From assembly GCA_964016885.1 (NCBI GenBank), contig OZ024742.1, forward strand, positions 255,316,001 to 255,380,000: a stretch of 64,000 bases of DNA. Direction: 5' to 3'. This DNA is from Eledone cirrhosa (taxonomy: Eukaryota). The notes beneath the pieces are model-generated. The model saw nothing but the letters and a program-made list of their open reading frames with translations, did not search any database and was not told the origin of the DNA. The position numbers and the translations under genes are program-made. Shown here piece by piece: positions 41,551 to 54,775 of this stretch. The first letter of the stretch is position 1. Each line of letters starts with the position of its first letter.

Positions 41551-41867
41551 CAGGGGTGTGCAACATTCCATTGACGGGCCACTTTTGAACATTAGAACAA
41601 CTATTAAGGCCAGTCACTGTAAAAAAATATGTAATCTAATGAAAACCACAACTTCTTTCCATAACATGGAACTGGGAAATTATAACACACATAACGCTAT
41701 CAGTAAAGCCCTTTAGTATAGGTCAACTAACAGAAAATTGTATTACGGTTACAAAAAAAATTCTAAATAAGCCTACAAGGTAAAAATTAAAAATGGTCAT
41801 CGCAGGTCACTCTCACTGGTCTGGCGGACCAGATTGTGGTCTACAGGCTGCCTGTTGCATGCCCCTG
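41551..41867. mobile_element. hAT-superfamily MITE with perfect 8-bp TSD
   Basis: TIRs CAGGGGTGTGCAACA / TGTTGCATGCCCCTG, with ATATAGAG on both sides (41543-41550 and 41868-41875). Confidence 0.92.
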
Positions 41868-41899
41868 ATATAGAGAATATACACAATGTTTATATTTAC

Positions 41900-44800
41900 A
41901 TGATTAGTTTCAATTCCATTGCAACTTGCAACTTTTTAACTGTGATCATATTTACCTTAATATCTCTTTGCCACAGATATTTGCCTCGCCACCCTTGCTT
42001 ATCAGTGTTCAATACTTTAATTTTTACATTTGACTGTATGCATACTCTTGGAAAAGCAACATACAGTTGCCCATGGCTAAATACTGACTCAAGAAGGAAG
42101 AGACTCCCTTCATCATATGTTTGATCCTAGCTCTTGTTGATTGCCATAGCATATGACAGTCTTATTGGAATTTGGGCTCTTTCCAAAGTAAAAGGGATGT
42201 TGGGATTACTGGCAGCTAACTTCAGTCTTGGGATCAAAACACACCTGCCCATCAAAGGTCCATTTATATGAGAAGCTTTGATGGAATGTTGATACAATCC
42301 CACTTCTTCTAATCTTGTGCCATTGCATAATCCATTCTGAATTGAAATATTCCGTAGAAGCATTATTATTGATCCTGCTTTTAATTGAAGTTTGTGAGGC
42401 GGCATCCTGGAAGGTGTGAGTGAGCTCAGAAATTCAATAGAATATCTGTAAGCCTCTGAAGGGTCATCAGTGATCACTCTATTAATACTATAATAAGTAT
42501 GGCTGTTACTGGGTTGTTGTCTGAGATCCCCTTCATTGATCAATAGGCAATTAGCATTCTTGACAGATAAAATTACTCACATTCTTTTCTCTTGTTGTGT
42601 TATATTGCTCAAAGTTTGTTTCACTGAAGAGTCATTTACACATGAGAATAGAGTCACTATTCAGTTCTTCAATTGCAGGTGGTGTTCCATTGTCAAGATG
42701 TAGTAGCCACTTTGCAGACTCTCTCTGATATTTTCTTACTCTGATATTATTGTTTAATGTAAAGTGTTGAAAGAAGTGATGCAGATGGGAGTTTTTAAGG
42801 CATGTTTCTCATGTGGCTTCACAAGGATGCCTTGATAATATTGGCAGCACTTGGCTGAAGTCACCTCCCAAAAGCAAAACCTTTCCTCCAAACATTTCAT
42901 TGTTATCAGTGATGTCTTGAAGACACTTGTCAATGGCATGAATTACATAGGAAGGAATCATAGAAGCCTCATCCAGTATTATGAGATCCAAGTTTCATAA
43001 GAAATTGGCATAGTCAGATGAGCCAGATACATTACACACGCTGGTCTCTGTTAGTGGAACAGGGAGTGTAAATAAATTATGTATAGTTTTACCTCACAGC
43101 AGCAGCGTAGATGCTATGCTGGTCCAAGCACTGCCACACACATAATAGTTATTCATCTGGAGGTGAGAAATCAGTGTATTGAACAGGTCTGTTTTGTTAC
43201 TCTCTGAGTGCATTTATGTAGAAGCAGGTATGTGTAGGCTTTTAACCTTTTCTCCTCTGTTGAACGGCATCAATTAAAGTATCAGTAATCACATGTTGCT
43301 CTTCAGTAAAAAAATCAATATCAGGTGGTTGATGTCAGCTTGAGACTCAGCTTCAATGGGCTGAGATAGGCCCAGTTTTGCACAGTTGGTACCATTTTCA
43401 ATTAATATTGCGTTGATGTAACCAAGTCCTATATTTTCAGCTTGCTGGCCATTTATCCCTTGATACAAATAATCCTTAATCATTGACTCCTTATGGGTGT
43501 TCCAAGGATGCAGTGCATTGGCTGGCACAGAATAAACACACAGAGCAGCGAGCATCATACAAAGCTCTGTTGGCATGTAATGAGTAGCAGCTTCTTGTAG
43601 TGCTTTGCTGAAATAGTCATCATTTTCTATAAGACCAAGTCGCAAACATGCATCTTTGAAGGTTAGACATGTTTCTCCCTCCACTGTTCATAGTTCTTCA
43701 AAACTCTTATCATCTGGCATGTGAAGTAATAATATGTTTAACTAACATTTTTCTACAACTCTGGGGGTGACTGTGTACATTCTACTAATAATATTTTTCT
43801 ACCTTCTTCTTGATCATTTTTTGTTGTGGTCATTGAATACATAGTTTTCCAGAATTTCTGGATATATGTAGCTGCTTGCACTTTTGTCCTCTTCATTAAG
43901 CTTGAACCAGGTAGTAAGGGTTGTGTCTTGGTGTCCTTGCATTTCTATCATGACCTGAGTATTGTCTCTTTGAAAGTTCACTCTTGGTTGGTTCTCCAGA
44001 TATATATAGCTATCACTGTATGTGATGTACCATGAAGCTTAAATTCAGAGAGTAGCCATAACACTTCGGGCGAAGATACATACTTGCAAACAAGATAGTT
44101 TCTTATTTCCTCATGGTTGTGTTGGTTCAGATCATCATTAGGTAAAGCATTATTAGTTACTTCTATAGTGGCACAATCATGCCCCTTGGAAACATATTTA
44201 AAGAGATACTTGATGCTTCTTACTGAAAAGAAAACTTCAACATTAATATGTGCATAATATTTCTTAAGCAAAAAGGAAGGCCTTTCTATTTTTTAACTCA
44301 ATGATGTGAACATGAGACACTGGCACACCAAGAATGTGTATTTCTTTGATATCTTTCATCATTTCAGAAAGCTGAGTCTTAAAAACCCGGGCAACTAAAT
44401 CTGATCTGTTTTCTGCTGCTTCATTTTGATTTAGATGATTTTGAATATCAGAGCATTTATGGATGCATGTGTAAGTTATAAAAAAATCTGGCTTGCCATA
44501 TTTTACAACAATTGTCATAGTATCCCCAAAGTACTGATGCATGTTTCTTTGGCTGCCAGTGAAGAACGATGACAAAATAACTCACCCCAGTATTATCATC
44601 TATTCCTCTATCTAGATAATCCATTAAACCATTATACCCATCCACTTGCAATTGGGATTGATAGTTCCTCAAATATTGAAGCATCCATCCCTCTCTTCTT
44701 TCACAGAGGCATCCACTAAATACTGCTGAAATAATTTACCTGCCCTATGTATCACATTAAATCTCCCTATACTATACAGTATCTGTAATACTTCTGCATT

Positions 44801-45730
44801 GTCAGTCTATTGCAGACAGAGGTCCTACATTTCTCTGCATTCTGCATGCCACTATGCCATTCAAATTCATCATTTAGAAACAATAAAGGGTAGGTCATGG
44901 GGTCCAAATGGCATGAAATGGTATTTTCTCAGGAGGATGGTCTTTAGTGTAGATGCCAACATCTCTATGTACAGGTGGCACACCATCTATCCCCACAAAA
45001 ATAACAGCTATTTCTTTGCTACTTGGTAAATTATAGCATCTCAATCTGATCTTCTACTAAATCTTAATTCACAGTTCTCAATGGGAGGATTTTCTCTTCT
45101 TGCTCTTTGCTGCTCTTCTTGTCATACATTGTATTGTACACTTCAACATATGGATTATATTCATGCAACACCTCACTTACCATAGTCATTATTTGGTGGT
45201 ACTTCAAATCTGTGCTACACAGCTTCATTCACATCAATAATATATAACTGGTCATATTGTGGTGTATTTTTTTCAGGGTTCAGAGGTGTAGTATAGGGAC
45301 ATGTTTGACCCTGAATATGAAAGCAATACGGGCCTCTGTTGGGTGGCAAGGTAAGTTGAACACCAAATGTAATTGGGTTGAACACCAGTTGTAATTGGGG
45401 ATGTTCTTGCAAAATCAACTGCTTCCTGGCTTTCTCCTTAAAAGAGATTTCTCAGTCTCTCAGGGTATATTTGCAATGGAGACAGCACAACTTTTCCATT
45501 ATTATAACAGCTATAACTTTCATTTTCAAATTTCAAAGCTTCCCAATGATTGCACGAAACATGCATATCACCAATACAAAATTCTTCTACATTACCATTA
45601 ATATTAATTTCTGGGCCATTCTTCCTAAGATGCTCATGGGATCGATTCTTTGTCTATATCTCTTTCTCACTTACTTTCTCTCACTATCGTTCTATGGGAG
45701 AAATTGGCTGTATTCAAACCTGGAGAGGGG
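41900..45730 (-). mobile_element. Helitron Rep/Helicase pseudogene
   Basis: Collinear minus-strand fragments: GPYCFHIQGQ..QLYIID, SSFFTGSQRNM..YGKPDFFITYTC, HINVEV..SIKYLFKYVSKG, LIILDEASM, FGGKVLLLGGDFSQVLP, PPHKLQLK..MLLRN..GLCNGTRL..AMAINKS. Possible 3' CTAG at ~41204. Confidence 0.95.
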
Positions 45731-46339
45731 ATAGGCTCCACCAGGTTTAAAATGCCCTAGAAACACCATATGTATGTGGAAAGAAATATTATTCTAAACA
45801 CTTCAAAACATAATAAATATTCACATAAAGCAGAATTATAATATAGATTGTATATATATATTTATTTCATTTTGCCAGTGGTTTAAATGAAGAGATGATC
45901 AGAGTTTCTAACTCTTGTAGAACCAACAAAGTTGACTATAAAATATCTTCCTACGGAAAATAATTGCCCCTCTTCTGTTGTTTACCCCCCCCCCCCATTC
46001 CCACTTTTTAGCTGAACAATGGTTACTTCCATGAAATCAGATTCCCATGAAGAATGTTTTAGGGCTGTTAGTTATAAAAAAAATGTAATTGTTACAACAT
46101 ATAAATCAACTTCAAGATCACCAATATTGAATATCATTAAAATCCACAGCTGTCTCTGTATTTTACACTTTCCCTCCTCTGTAAATATCTTTACCACACT
46201 CTCTCACTCGCTTATTATATCTTCTATGGTGGCGGTGGTGTAGTGGTGGTGGTAGTAGTAGGGGTGGTGGTGTGATGATGGTGGTAGAAGTAGTGGTGGT
46301 GCTAGTAGTAGTAGTATGAGATTTTAGACAAACTCTCTC

Positions 46340-47456
46340 AGTCATTCAAAAGGCAATTGGATTGATCAAATCCGAGCCTGTTTGAAAAATTGACACTTTG
46401 AACTTCTATCAAAGTTTTGAAACTCGCTACAAACATGACGGCATATCCTGGTGGCGACGAACAATCAAAGCAGTTCACCCAGAATCTATTAATGCTAGGG
46501 GCCGGAAGACTGCCTGTAGATAGCAAGGGAGCTATTGATATAAGTCCCATAGGTACATAGAAAAAATGTTCCCTAATCTTGAATATCAGTTTGCAAGTCA
46601 CAAGTGGCTCAGTGAAAGGGCTATATTGGCTACAAAAAAATGTGAATGTGAAATTAGTAAATAAAGAGCTGTTAAAAAGAATTCCTAAGGGTTCGAAACT
46701 CTATCAATTTGTCGACTGTGGTGGAACAGTCGGAATCTGTCAATTACCTGACAGAGTTCCTCAACTCTTTAGAACACGTCCTTCACCTTAACCTCTTCAG
46801 TGCCATAGATAACTTGTCCTAACATGTAAACATTCCAGTGCCACGGATGAGATAACTTATCCAAACATGTTTGAACTCCTTTCCAACAGTTCATAACTTC
46901 AAAGTTATGAACTCATTTCCAACACTTCATAAATTCAAAGCTAGATGGAGTTATTAGTTTATTGATTTGTCAATCAAAATAGTCATTTTATTGAAAAAAC
47001 AAAACCAGACACAGCAACTGTAGCTGTGTAAAATATACACAACAGTCCACAGATTAAAGGAGCACCCATCATGTTGAGGAATTTGAACCCACCAAGGCTA
47101 TACAACAGCACTCGATAGGTTGTGAAAAATATGTATCCACACGTGATTGAAACCACCATTTCAACAGGATGTGATAGGAGAGAGAATGTGTTCGTTCCAA
47201 GAATTCCTCTTATCCCCAATGATGTCCCATTTCAATTCAAACGGCTTCAATTTCCATTGGGTTTTACTTTTGCTATGACTATCAAGAAATCACAAGGACA
47301 AACATTTATGGTTGCCGGTTTACACTTTGAAGAGTTCTGCCTCACCCATGGTCAGTTTCATGTTGGATAACCTCATAATTCAAGGAATAAAAAAAAAATT
47401 GAAATAAAGGCATACTATTGTGATTATTGCCTGGCAACGACGAGCTACGCATCTAG
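46340..47456 (+). mobile_element. Second Helitron helicase 3' fragment
   Basis: ORF 47122-47370 reads VFVPRIPLIPNDVPFQFKRLQFP..FAMTIKKSQGQT..HGQ. Ends in a GC-rich segment plus CTAG at 47453-47456. Confidence 0.85.
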
Positions 47457-47519
47457 GATATATATATATATGATTCCACGTGCACATATTCTTCTATGGA
47501 ATATGTATTTGGTATATAT

Positions 47520-49856
47520 AACTTACTAAAGGCGACGGGCGAGATCTGTGGTTGAAGCAAGTCCACAGGGAGGAGGAGAGTGACTTGGTGGTGGAACAAT
47601 AAGGTAGATGAAGCAGTTAAGGCTATGAGACAGGCATGGAAAGAATGGAAGAACGGGGGTAGCAAGGTACATTACATAGAGACCAAGAGAGAAGCTAGGC
47701 GACAAGTATACTTAGCTAGAAGGGAAGCAGAAGATAGAAAATTCAAGCATGTTTTCCAACCTGAGGACCAGAAACAGGAAGTGTTCAAGATTGCGAGGCA
47801 GTGTGTCAGAGAGAAGTGTATCTGGAATGATAATCGTGAGCTTGCCCTCACAAGTGTCGAAAAGAAATCTGCATGGAAGAGCCATTATGAAAGATTACTA
47901 AACAAGGAGAATGCATGGGAAAAAGAGACCCTATGCCAAGCATACCCTATAGATGGGCCAGCAGTACAAGTCAGCAGCGGCGTGGTAAGTAAGGCAATCA
48001 AAGAAGGCAACCGGTCCATCTGGTATAGCTGCTGAGATGCTGAAGGCATCTGGGTCGGTAGGTCACACCACAACCACACAAATTGTTAACCAGGTAATAC
48101 TAGAGGGTATCATACCAAAGGATTGGTGCAGCAGCATCATTGTCAACTGCTACAAAGGTAAAGATAGAGGAATCTATAGAGGTATGAAGCTGATGGACCA
48201 GGTCATGAAAGTAACTGAAAGAGCTATAGCACAGTTGATTAGGGACCAGGTGAAACTAGATGAGATGAAATTTGGGTTTGTACTAGGAAAAGACACCACT
48301 GATGCCCTCTTCCTTGTGAGACAGTTACCGGAAAAGTACCTAGCTAAAGGTAAGCCGCTCTACCTGGCATTCGTCGATCTGGAAAAGCCTTCGACAGAGT
48401 CCCCCGTACTATAGTCTGGTGGGCTCTTAGAAAATTAGGAGTAGATGAATGCTTTGTGAAAGCTGTATAAGCCATGTATAGAGGGGCAGTCAGCAAAGTT
48501 AGAGTTAGTAATGACTATAGTGAGGAATTTAGCATACAGGTCGGTGTCCACCAGGGCTGTTCTTAGCCCTCTCCTGTTCATTATAGTTTTGCAGGCAATA
48601 ATGGAGGAGTTTAAGACCGGATGCCCATGGGAACTCCTATATGCGGATGAATCCATGGTGGAACTAGAAAATAAATTCCAAACATAGAAGCAGGGACTAG
48701 AAAGAAAGGGTCTCAAAGTCAACCTGACAAAGACTAAGGTTCTTGTAAGTAGATGAGAAAACAGAACCCAGATCCCCTCAGGGAAATGGTTTTGCCGAGT
48801 ATGTAGGAAAGGTGTAGGTAGGAACTCCATCCTCTGCCCCAAATGCAAATAATGGGTACACAAGAGATGTAGTGGGATTTCAGGAAGTTTAACTAAGAAT
48901 GTAGGCTTCACATTTAGCAGCTGCGCTGGGACAGTAAGCAGCAAACAACCACAGGAAACAAGCACCACCAAACTCTGGGAGGGCTCTGTAGAAACAGTAG
49001 ACAGCTTCTGCTACCTAGGTGACCGAATTAGCAGCGGAGGTGGGTGTTCGGAAAGTACAATAACTAGGGTAAGAACGGGATGGAAGAAGTTCAGGGAGCT
49101 ACTGCCACTGCTAGCTGCAAAAGGCTTTTCCCTCAAAATGAAAAGCAGACTGTATGATGCGTGTATACGAACGGCAATGTTACATGGTAGTGAAACCTGG
49201 GCGCTGTCTGTAGAAGACTTGTGCAGATTAGAAAGAAACGAAGCTTGCATGCTCCGATGGATGTGTAATAGTTATATACGCAAACGGCAAAGCATAAACG
49301 AATTCGAATTGAGAGAGAGACTGAGCATAAGAGGCGGATGCGTGCTATGGACATGTGATTGCGTATGAAGGATGACAGCTCCATAAAAAGGTGCAGGGCA
49401 CTAGAAGTCGATGGAAGCTGCAGCGTGGGGAGACCCAAGAAGACCTGGGATGAGGTGATAAAGGCCGACCTTACCTAATTGCACCTCTCATGGGCAATGA
49501 CAGACGACCGTGACCTCTGGCGTCATGCAGTAATACAGAAGACCCGGCCTCCCACAGGAACAAGCTGAAGCTGAAGCATATAGACAATATGTGTGTGTGT
49601 GTGTCCCCACTGCAGAAAAGCACTCAGCCCACACTGTAAAGTGGACGTGTAGGCGCCATGGAAAAAAAAGCACCTAGCACTCACTGTAAATGAGGTTAGT
49701 GTTAGGAAGGGCATCCAGCTGTAGAAATTAAGACAGAATCAGTTCCTGTATGAGCAAGACCCGGTCAGCCGTCTTGACACTGCCCACAACAGGACAACCC
49801 GTCTAACTGATGCTAGCGTGGAAGAACGGACATAAAACGGTGATGATGATGATGAC
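47520..49856 (+). mobile_element. RTE-clade LINE, close paralogue of 37660-40072
   Basis: Collinear and highly similar throughout, with additional deletions (for example within YADD) and a (GAT)n tail. Confidence 0.95.
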
Positions 49857-49914
49857 AATATACGATATATGGCTCTTTCTATATCTATATATATATGTAT
49901 ATATTTGTGCGTGT

Positions 49915-50205
49915 ATGTGTGCAGGTATAGGTGTGTTAAGGATTTCGCTTCTGGGTACAGTCCCCCCTGTATACCACCTTGTGCATGTATCTTCTACTGT
50001 AGTCTAGCCCCAATTCACCAATGCCATGTGAATGGAATTTGGTACACGGAAACTGCAGTAACTTACGTCTGTGTTTTTGTTTATGTCCCGTAACCTCGTG
50101 GTTCGACAAAAAGCGATCAATAAAATAAGTAATGCAGTCTATATGATCGACTAAATATGTACCCTAGCTTATGTGCAGTCTAATGATCGAAACCAGTAAA
50201 AGAAT
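49915..50205 (+). mobile_element. Degenerate tRNA-derived SINE
   Basis: tRNA-like head followed by ATAAAATAAGTA...ATGATCGACTAAA...GTCTAATGATCGAAACCAGTAAAAGAATA tail. Confidence 0.5.
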
Positions 50206-51009
50206 ATACATATATACTCTCAGGTTCAAAATAATAAGGAAGGGATCGTTAATGTTTCTAGGTTGTCTCCCTTGATATTTTAAAAACCAGAATTAGTCGT
50301 TTAGTTTACGTATTGAGACCCCAATCCATGTTATTTATTTTATAAAGAATGGGATTTCTCGTAATGTTCTTTTTTGTCATGTATAATGTTTTTTTAATGT
50401 CTAAAGAAATTTAATTGTCGCAGGAATGCTACGACAAAATACAATTTCGCCGGATATAAGAGTAGCAAAATTTAATAAACGGGGTGAATCATATGAAACA
50501 CGAGTGTATATAGAGAGAGAGAGTGAGAGGAGATAAAACTACGCACCTGCTAGTATTAATGCAGTAGTAAACTGAATAACTGATGGAAGCAGCGATCACG
50601 TTCGGTAATATGTAGTGAGAATAAAAGAATAAACCAAATTAGACATTTGTTTTATTCGTTAATATGTCGTGAGAATAAAACAAATTACACATTTGTATAT
50701 TCGTTAATATGTAGTGTGAATAATAGAATAAGAAATGATGGCGTTCGGTATTATATATAGTAAGAATAATAGAATAACAAATTAGCATAATCGGGAATAT
50801 CTATGTATGCAAAAAGTAAAGCGAAATAACAAAGAAATATACTATTATTTTAACGTTTCATATAGTAGGAACATACATACATTCTCACCCTCTCGATATA
50901 TATATATTCAATCTCTCCCTATATATTATTTTGGTTTACAAAGCCATATAATAAGAATAACAGAATAACAAATTATGTTATTCAGTTTTATATATATGAA
51001 TAAGAACTT

Positions 51010-51095
51010 ATGGCGGTAGTGACAGACGCCGGAAGTGACCTTAAGTTAGGTCATTGAAGCCGTGCCGGAAGTGAAACGTCCCCGTCTCTTTCTCG
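51010..51095 (+). promoter_or_regulatory. Ribosomal-protein-type core promoter: YY1-like ATGGCGG, two ETS/GABP sites, TCT initiator / 5'TOP
   Basis: ATGGCGG at 51010-51016, CCGGAAGTG at 51029-51037 and 51065-51073, TCTCTTTCTC at 51085-51094. The segment is locally CpG-rich within AT-rich DNA. Confidence 0.8.
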
Positions 51096-51110
51096 TCCAT
51101 TCGACTCAAG
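51088..51110 (+). other. RPL40: Non-coding exon 1 (5'TOP UTR) of the UBL-eL40 gene
   Basis: Pyrimidine tract followed by a strong donor AAG|GTAAGA at 51110/51111. The TSS is inferred from the TCT motif. Confidence 0.75.
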
Positions 51111-51537
51111 GTAAGAACATTTCTGATTCTCTTTTAAATATTTTTGCATTTATTTCGTTGTTTACTTCATTTATATATATTTCAAAACGATTTTATTATA
51201 TCTTAATCTTTTTTCTATATTTCTTATATGTTTACATCACATATACGTGTGTTTATTATATTATTTTCCGTGTGTAATTGTCTAACTGTATGAACGAAGC
51301 ATCCTATCTACCACGTGTTTAACTCGAGTCTTGTTAAATATGATTTCAAAGTTAATCGTCTTCATTTATTTCTGAATAAATATCAGCAATATTACATGTT
51401 CTATAACGATGTTTATAAAAATTATAGAATGTTAAATATATTTCCTTAAATAAATCATTCCACTCATTTTATGACAATAGATCTCGAATGAAAATCGTAT
51501 GCTCCACTCTTTATACTATATATATACCTACACACAG

Positions 51538-51599
<62 letters not shown>

Positions 51600-53289
51600 G
51601 TGTGTGTATTTTAGGTTATGCAGTAATTATGTTGTTTACTGGAGTTATACTAAGAACACTGCTATAGCATGAGTGTATATATTAAGTTTGATACAACGAA
51701 GTTTCAATTAAAAATGGTTTTATTGAATATGGAAGATGAGAAGTTTCCAATTTAGATCATTATTCAACTTATTACTCAATACTTAAAGAAACATGGAATA
51801 TTATAAAACATACAGACCTGTCGGTCAAGCTTAAACCGTTTCGATTGCTATATATATATATACGAACTGGAGAGTGGATTCTAATACTAATTTCTCACTA
51901 TATACACATACATATACAATTAGTCCAGTGAATCGGATGTGATTCTTTATTAGAGATCTAATTTAAGAGTTGGAATCTTTTTTAGTACAGTTATCCAGTC
52001 AATTCGACACATGATCTAAAAAGAATATTTGCCTTTAGTAATGTCTGCCAGGAAGTCTAGATTAGCTCTATTTGAGTATGGACATTTCTGACATGATTTT
52101 ATTAAATTACGCAGTTAAAATATATTATTAAATTCCCTGTAGCAATATTATCTAATAATTTGAATTACCAAACAACTATCTATAACGTATTCCTAGTCTA
52201 TTTGGTAATCACTAAAATGTATCGCGAAGATGTGGCATAAGTTAATATTGGATTCTTGATCTTCGTAAGATCATGGGATCGATACCTTGATCTGTCCATG
52301 TTAGTACCTAGGTCTCTATCATTAAAACACTGAGTAACGTTGGAGAACTACATTGGTTGGTTTGAGCTATTAATTCTATCCACAAGAAATACGTAATGTA
52401 TTGCCTTGCGAAAATTATAATTTGATTGATCGTATAGATTTCCATGCCATGATTTAATGAACGAGCAGATCATTTAGTATAGCGGTGTCATTGACAATTT
52501 ATACCCCCTGAAAAATATGACTGTAATGTAATGAAGCACAAGTTACCATAGATTCATCAAAACGAGAAAATTGTTTATGGGCGTCATAATCGTTTGTAAC
52601 TTCTTGAAAAATACGTTTTCAGATTTGTTCTGAAAGTCAACTCATGGTGCAGTTCGTACAGACAGGAGTCTCATTTCAGAGAGCTACATCTGATTTATTG
52701 AAAGCCCTATCAACATAGGTCTTCATTCTAATATTTTGTATGAGTTGTCCGTTCCAGAGAGTAGGACTTCAAGAGCCCACACCATCTTTTCATTTGAGTA
52801 TTAGGTTCCATTGGTTCATTCCAGGGAGTATGAGCTGACTTAAAGAAGACTTGACTCTTTCCCAATGCATCAAGGAGCAAGCTCATGTACAGAATTGAAT
52901 ATTTATTAAAATTTTATTTGGGCTTTTTTTTCTAAATTATTCTAGTTGGTCTTTTTCATTGGAAATCCTGCTAGGCCATAGACTAATGCATTACCATTGT
53001 CCAGCTATTACAAAAGCATGCACCAATGCTTCTGCCATCTGATTTAGATATTTCTTAATTATACTTATATAAGACGATCTATAGTTAAAAGTAAAATTAC
53101 ATGGCTAATTTCTCAATTTGAAATGTCCTACGTTGCATAATACATGTGAAAGTAAATTTACATTCATGCATAATCCATATTTTGTGGATCAACATGTGAA
53201 AAAAATACTATTGGGCTTTACTACTTCCGAATATAATTGATGTAAGACAATTTATGACCCTTTTACAATGCTGCTGACTAACTGATACA

Positions 53290-53870
53290 ATTGCTGTATT
53301 GCGGGTAGGTGAGTGGTTTCTGAGAGCAGTGCAAACTATGTACACAGGTGTAGTTAACAGAGTAAGTACTGATTTTAGTGAGGAATTCAGTGTGTAGGTA
53401 GGTGTCTATCAAGGCTTAGTCCTCATCCCAATCCTGTTTGTTATAGCTCTCCAGTCCATAACAGGAATTTAAGGTAGGATGCCCATGGTAATTTCTGTAT
53501 TCTGACAGACTGGTTTTTATTGCTGAATCTGGAAGAGCTAAATAAATTCCTACTGTGAAAACAGTATCAAAGAGCTGCCTTATATAGTATGTAGGAAAGA
53601 AGACGGAGATGTTTTTAATATGCAGACGAGGAGTAGCTAGGCACTCGGTACAATGTTCACAATATAAAGCGTGTGCTTTGAGGGGTGTAGTTGGATTGTA
53701 TTGAGACTAATGGAAAAGGTAGACTTAATGTGGGTGACGTACAGAGTTAATAATAAAGCTCTAGTGAAATCAACTTTTTCCAATCCTACGAAATCTACTT
53801 AGTAGTAGCTGATAGCTTTTCTTACCTCGGTGGCAATTAGCAGTGGACTAGATTGGAAAAGGTTCTTTCA
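53290..53870 (+). mobile_element. Highly degenerate RTE LINE fragment in intron 1
   Basis: Matches GAGGAATTCAGTGTG.AGGTAGGTGTC.ATCAAGG and GGATGCCCATGG of the RT region. Confidence 0.65.
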
Positions 53871-54672
53871 GAAAATGATGAAAGAAGATAAATATAGAGC
53901 ATTGTATTGTGGAATCAAGGACAGATGAGTTTTAAAATGTTTAAATCAAAGATGCAGTGGTGGTCTTATCTGATTTGGTATCAAGTGCTTCCTATTGTAC
54001 ACTAGTTGATTCTATGAGTGTATATCATTTGATATATACACAATTCTATGAGTATATATCATTTGATATATACACAAGGTACACTAGTCTTTCTCAGTTT
54101 GGATTCCTTTGGGAGCTAAGTGTCTCTTGTTTTGGGCATCACTGCTCTATTTTGCAGAAAATATCTAAAAAAAAAATAGGTCTATTCAAATGTTTATGGT
54201 ATATTTACTCCTGGACAGATTATTGTAGTATTAAAGACTTTAATATTTGATGTAATGCAGTCAGTGCTGTTTTTTAAACTTTTCAAGAATGTTTTGTGAA
54301 TGTGGTTTCATGTGGTGCAGGATGTTAAGACTTATATTGTTGCCAGTTAGATACACCAGGAAAGACAAAGATATAAAAAATTCATTTGTGAAGCATGTAC
54401 CTGTAACTGCAAAACACTTGTTTTTGATTGGCACATCACATTTTACGTCTCCCAGTCACTGCAATAACTGCAATATTTATTGACTGATAGCAGAGGTGGG
54501 ACAAACTGGCAATTAACTTTTCAGGAAGACCAAATATTATTTGGATGAGTGTAGAGAGTAACCATGCTGATTTGTGTATGCAATACTAAGACCTAAACCC
54601 ACTTTAGTGGTTTGTGGAGAAGCAAGTATCTATTAAACTTGTTAGTGACTTTCTTTCGTTTCAGAAACCATA

Positions 54673-54775
54673 ATGCAGCTGTTTGTATCCAATTTGGTCG
54701 GGAAGACCCTGGCCATTGATATGAATCCTTCAACCACCACATTGGATGTGATGGATTCCATTACAGCCAGGGAGG
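54673..54775 (+). CDS. RPL40: UBL-eL40 fusion (UBA52-type), coding exon 1: MQLFVSNLVGKTLAIDMNPSTTTLDVMDSITARE(G)
   Basis: Acceptor TTTCAG at 54664, 8-nt UTR, ATG at 54673, donor G|GTAAGT. 103 nt; aligns without gaps to ubiquitin residues 1-35. Confidence 0.93.
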
